From: Tubiluchus corallicola
Taxonomy: Eukaryota > Animalia > Priapulida
DNA: 25,551 bases
Direction of reading: 5' to 3'
Assembly (NCBI GenBank): GCA_030141605.1
Contig: JAQGDQ010001789.1
Span: forward strand, 1-25,551
In this document: positions 21,000-25,551 of the stretch, piece after piece
Position numbering within the stretch: the stretch's first letter is position 1
Layout of the letters: every line of letters starts with the position of its first letter
The notes under the pieces: model-generated
Told to the model about the DNA's origin: nothing
Databases searched by the model: none
The model's input: the letters and a program-made list of their open reading frames with translations, nothing else
Made by a program: the position numbers and the translations under genes

Positions 21000-22295
21000 C
21001 ATAAAACAAACAATCGTTGACATATTTGGATGCATTCAACAAACTTTCACTACAACGGCTTTTAACATCCTCTGTTGAGACTTCGCCTAGATTTTCTAGT
21101 CCTTTTATATTTGCTACAAGTAAATAAATGTTCAGTTGTGTCTAATTCACTATCGCACATGTGACATATTAAATTTCTTATAAACGAACCCTTAAAATTT
21201 GTTTTTGCTTTGACCATATTAAGTCTTAAATCCAAAATATTTTTAGCTTCTGCTTGACTGAATAATAACCCTTCTGTTCACATTTAGTGCTTTCCAAAAA
21301 TCTTAATTTTGAGCTCTTATTTATATTTTCACTGCATTTGTCTTGTATCACAGATGTTATTTTAAATTTTATGTATTTTTTCCACTGTGATTTCTTTTAA
21401 TGTTTCACATATTCCTTGTCGATATTAATTCCATAAATGTTTGCCATTTTTTCTATTTCACTATACCAATTATCACCACGCCTGTATTTCATCTGCTGTG
21501 CTATAACTTTGCTGGCTAACCTTTCACTTCCTGATATTAAACGAGTTCTATAAAACATAAATTTTTGTACCAAATATGTTCTTCACTTGGCAAAATTCCC
21601 AATTCTGATATTAACCCCCAGTAACTTGTAGTTTTCAAGTTAATTCTTCTTGACTTACCCTGAATACTTTCCAATTCTTCACGCTCATTTCTTTTCATGT
21701 GTGACCAAGTTTCAGAATTATAAATTAAAGATGGTATTGCAAGTGATTCATAAAGTTTTAGTTTTATTTTTACTGACATTAATCCTACATTATTCGCATT
21801 TGCCAAGGAGTTAATGTAGCTAATTTTGAATTTGTTCTGCTCTTTTCGCTTTTCACTTAACGTCTTGTAAGTGTTTTCCTCATTTAGCCAATCACCAAGG
21901 TATTTATAGCTTTGTGTTTCTCCAATTTCTCCTCTGCTAATTTCTTCTTTAGGTAGGGGAATTCTTTTTATTCTAGTCGTTTTTGTTTGCATTGAATACG
22001 TTTTTTTAACACTGAACTTTATTCTTTTTAATTCTCCTGTTTTCCCACAATTTTTAATCATTCTTCTAATTTTATTTTCATTTCCTATCCCTAAAATATC
22101 ATCTACGTACATCATCTTTCTATTTCAAGCTCAGGCGTTATTGTTTTTCAAGAGAATTTATTCTAGTTACAGTTACACAGCACAAAAGCGGACCTAAAAC
22201 AGCAACCTGCCTAACAGATTCCTTTATTTTAATTTCATTAGTGATACCAACTGGTGTGCCAATAACAGCATGTGCTACCTCATTTAAATTGTAAC
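21000..22295 (-). mobile_element. Decayed, 5'-truncated non-LTR retrotransposon (LINE ORF2 fragment)
   Basis: RT motifs VRQVAVLGPLL (QGxxLxP-like) and YVDD, YKYLG in ORF 21537-22115; C-terminal CHMCDSELDTTEHLFTC zinc knuckle at 21116-21166; interrupted by stops and frameshifts. Confidence 0.88.
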
Positions 22296-23327
22296 TCAAT
22301 TAATTCGTGACCTGTCTCGACGCGTCCTACTTGGGTTAGCTCATGTACGCCAATTGTCCTACTTGGGCCACTGTCCTACTCCGTTCCCAACAACACGAAT
22401 AACAGTAATTCTTGTTATTGTATATTTTTAGCCTTTCGATGACAAAATAATAACTCATCAGTGAAATTGAAGCAACTTTCTTCCCACAGTTGCATCTGGT
22501 TGCCAAATATTAGCTTGCTTCTTTTTTATTGTGCAATAATTATTATTTTGTTATGGCAAACGGAATAAACTAAACTAAGCTTCCTAGGTCGCTAGCGTGT
22601 AATTTTGTAATTATTTTTCTTTACGTATATATTTGTTAATTTTGCGGAGTTAATCAATTAAACTGGAAAAACCATCTAATTAACGAAGATGTCAAAGTAA
22701 AGAAATGGATGTGGTAAGTGTATAATAATAATAGTAATAGTAATTTTATTGTTCTCCATAAATTTACAATGATTTGACAATAAAATACAAACGAACATGG
22801 GAGAAAGTGTGGCAAAAAACCAAAGGTTATCGAGTCAACCACCCTTCTCAGAAAGACAGTAAACAAAAAGACGCTAATGACAGCAGAACACAACTATTAA
22901 AAAATATATAAACGTCCAGAAATACAAAAAAATCAAAAACCAAAAACCATGACAAATTTATGAACTACTAAGCAACTCATTGAAAATAACTCACAATTGT
23001 TTCTGAGCCAAATCATTATGTCCATTTTGCTGACTGTGTTCTCCTTTATAATACTAGCCATTTAAACTACGTAAAACACAAGAAGCTAACTAGTTAACAC
23101 TAACTGAACTTACCGAAGAGATAATTACATGATTTTAGCAGAAAGCTTAAAATATTATAAAACTGAAGTTGGTTTGATGTAAAATATTGCTGTGATTGGA
23201 GTTGAAATGGGGCAACCCGTTATACAGCGTGACAGACTAACAGCCATTATTTCAGCCACCTGTATTATTTGTAGATGCTGTTTTACTCTTTATTGCTGTG
23301 CTAAAAGCTTCTGCTTCCTGTCTCGTC

Positions 23328-23914
23328 ATGAATGAGTTTGCCGGTCACGAATTGGACCTTCCTCTGATGGCTAATGTGGACGAGGTGCGCGTAGTGCATT
23401 ATATTCTGGACTTAAAGTGCAGTTTTGTAAGCCGGACTATGATTGGTCATGTAATTTTGCTTCTCAAATACCCAGACCAATTGCTGGAGAAGTTCTCCGG
23501 AGAACAGACTGTTGGCGAAGCTTCGTTTGTTCCAACTGGCCACAGTTCAGGTCCACTAACCGAACAGGAAAGCTCGGAGACTTCTACAAAAGTGCGGGTG
23601 CTGTCCCATTCGACTAAACGTGCGGTAAGAATAGTGCTAGACGCTTGTGATTTGCACGTGTCCGGTGTGCATGAACTAAAAATGACTAAAACCTATTCTC
23701 TCTCTGCTGATACGGATAGTAATTATTTAAAACATATCCGGGACGACGCAGCCAATGCCTCTAAAACGCCCCTGAGTTACACATCAGATAAGTGGAGCAT
23801 TGAGATAAACAAAGCCGTCGATAAGGTGGAGGATGTGCCGTTGGCTGTGCAGATTGACTATGCTACTGATGTCAACGGTGGCTCCCTCACATGGACGACT
23901 GACCAATGCGGCAG
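23328..23914 (+). CDS. AOPEP: Aminopeptidase O-like (M1 family), first coding exon
   Basis: MNEFAGHELDLPLMANVDEVRVVHYILDL matches the AOPEP N-terminal pattern DLPLMAN...HYxLDL as I recall it. Ends GGSLTWTTDQCG(R) at donor AG|gtaggt, phase 2. Confidence 0.88.
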
Positions 23915-24417
23915 GTAGGTTTGGAAGTTTTGGACTGTTCTGACACAAGTTTGCTATTCGCTGCTCGCCGCGAAGGTGTGGAACGTCATTTTTTAAACCT
24001 TGTCATTTTTATTATTCACTGTGCTTTAGTACTTTAACTAAAATAAGTACGTCATTCTTTGTGTTGTTGTGATACTTTCGTGCTGTTTTTATGCGTACAC
24101 TGTACATTTAATACATTTAGTAACGTGGCACTATTTGTGATAGGTATTAAACCGATATGTGTGCCCAAAAACAGTAGTACACAGAAGTAGACTGCAATAG
24201 TGCAATTACACACTTGAATTGTTTTTTAAGTCGCCACTAGGTGGCAGACAAAAAATTGTTCAGTCACCATAGCAACTCCAACTTTAGCAATGCCCGTTCA
24301 GGCAGTGTGGTGTTAGAAGCACTGCAGGACAATGAACATAGCGGGTGTGTGTCACAATCGCCATGGCAACCTGTTGTTCCAGCTGAGCTGTGGCTTGCTG
24401 CTCTGTGAAACGAAATA

Positions 24418-24911
24418 CAGTGCAGTGCCACCTGTTGTTAAAATTAGAAAGTTATACGGGTTTTTTCTTTGTCTGTGGCGCAAACTGTGCATGTTCACTC
24501 AAGGCGCATGGATCTTTCCAAAGCCTTGCATTTATAAAAGAAATGCAGTGCAGTGCCACCTGTTGTTAAAATTAGAAAGTTATACGGGTTTTTTCTTTGT
24601 CTGTGGCGCAGACAGTGCATGTTCACTCAAGGCGCATGGATCTTTCCAAAGCCTTGCATTTATAAAAGAAATGCAGCAGTGCCACCTGTTGTTAAAATTA
24701 GAAAGTTATACTGGTTTTTTTTTCTTTGTCTGTGGCACAGACAGTGCATGTTCACTCAAGTTAGTGATTTTTTCCATGGAACTCTTTCCAAATTCTTGCA
24801 TTTATAAAAGTAATGCAGTGCAGTGCCACCTGTTGTTAAAGTTAGAAAGTTATACAGGTTTTTCTTTATCTGTGACGCAGACTGTGCATGTTCACTCAAG
24901 GTGCATGGATC
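24418..24911 (+). repeat. ~128-140-bp tandem array, 4 copies, of 3' splice site plus start of AOPEP exon 2
   Basis: acWgtgcatgttcactcaag begins at 24484, 24612, 24741 and 24881, each preceded by the same pyrimidine tract. Confidence 0.95.
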
Positions 24912-25047
24912 AACAATCGATCGCTGTTTCCGTGTCAAGATCTCTCGACGGCGATGGCTACTTGGCAGGCGACGATAACGGCACCGGAAGATGCGATTGT
25001 GCTGATGACAGGAGATGAAAATGGAGAAACTGCGCATTCTGCTAACG
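24881..25047 (+). CDS. AOPEP: Aminopeptidase O-like, second coding exon; gene continues beyond the window
   Basis: Acceptor gacgcag, phase 2; LCMFTQGAWINNRSLFPCQDLSTAMATWQATITAP resembles AOPEP INNRALFPCQ...AMSTWQA. The donor G|gtaacc is less certain. Confidence 0.87.
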
Positions 25048-25216
25048 GTAACCGTAGTAGCATAGTTGATGTAACTTGTGTCAGATCCGATTAACATTGC
25101 ATGCTGTTGAGTTGTGTAAGCGGTCCTTATACTGCCATGTTGTTGTCAAGTTTATATGAATTTAAAAGTTACCCAGTGAAGTGACATTTTTATGAACTGA
25201 ATTAAATTTGAAATAA

Positions 25217-25460
25217 AGGAAAACCGGACACAATTTTAAGTTAAAGCTCAGAAAAGTCTTCCCTACAAAATATTGAAAGGGCATGTACTAATTTTTTTGA
25301 GAATGACTTACGTGAAAGAATTATTAGCACAGAAAACTTAATTTCGCATTTGTGCGGCTAGTTCTTCACTGCTACATGCATTTCGCTGTTCGCTAGTTAG
25401 ACGAGCACTAGCACCTGTATTTCGGAAACGCTTTGCAGAAAAAACAGGTGCTGTACCTCT
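25217..25460 (+). mobile_element. Unexpanded copy of the dispersed repeat family seen at 11410-12610
   Basis: Starts aggaaaaccggac (similar to the 18521 TIR); colinear with 11410-11610 and contains a single 39-bp-type unit. Confidence 0.65.
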
Positions 25461-25551
25461 CAGTTTAGATGTGTTAGTTTGTGACAAACTGCACACGTTC
25501 CACAGTTCATGCGTGATCACAGTGGTAAATTTTAAATTTGAATTTTTATCT

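Noticed and set aside
21537-22115. Reverse transcriptase as a retron, DGR or functional host gene
   Set aside because: Truncated and frameshifted, with a LINE-type C-terminal zinc knuckle; an ordinary dead non-LTR element.
22324-22385. Three gtcctact motifs beside the LINE truncation point
   Set aside because: Could be transposon subterminal repeats, but no partner end or TSD was found.
24332-25018. 228-aa ORF
   Set aside because: Read-through of the acceptor-spanning tandem array; its 3' part is out of frame with the AOPEP exon.

Overview
AT-rich animal (invertebrate-like) genomic DNA, not prokaryotic; most entries in the supplied ORF track are repeat artefacts. It contains two spliced + strand genes. 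(1) A KIF12-like kinesin: 12 phase-consistent coding exons from 1147 to the stop at 18204, about 557 codons, with the 5' exons upstream of the window. (2) The first two coding exons of an aminopeptidase O (AOPEP)-like gene, 23328-25047. The introns and intergenic DNA hold non-autonomous DNA transposons (hAT-, piggyBac- and Kolobok-like), a tRNA-derived SINE, a solo LTR, a decayed LINE and many mini/microsatellites. The most unusual signal is a set of tandem arrays that straddle functional boundaries. In both genes a 3' splice site plus the start of the exon has been tandemly amplified, and the AG is mutated in the most distal copies. In the kinesin the intact 71-nt units each start GT and end AG, like a chain of recursive-splicing sites. 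Other arrays amplify a transposon terminus plus target site, and a SINE A-box. Family assignments come from motif recognition by eye; no database search was run.
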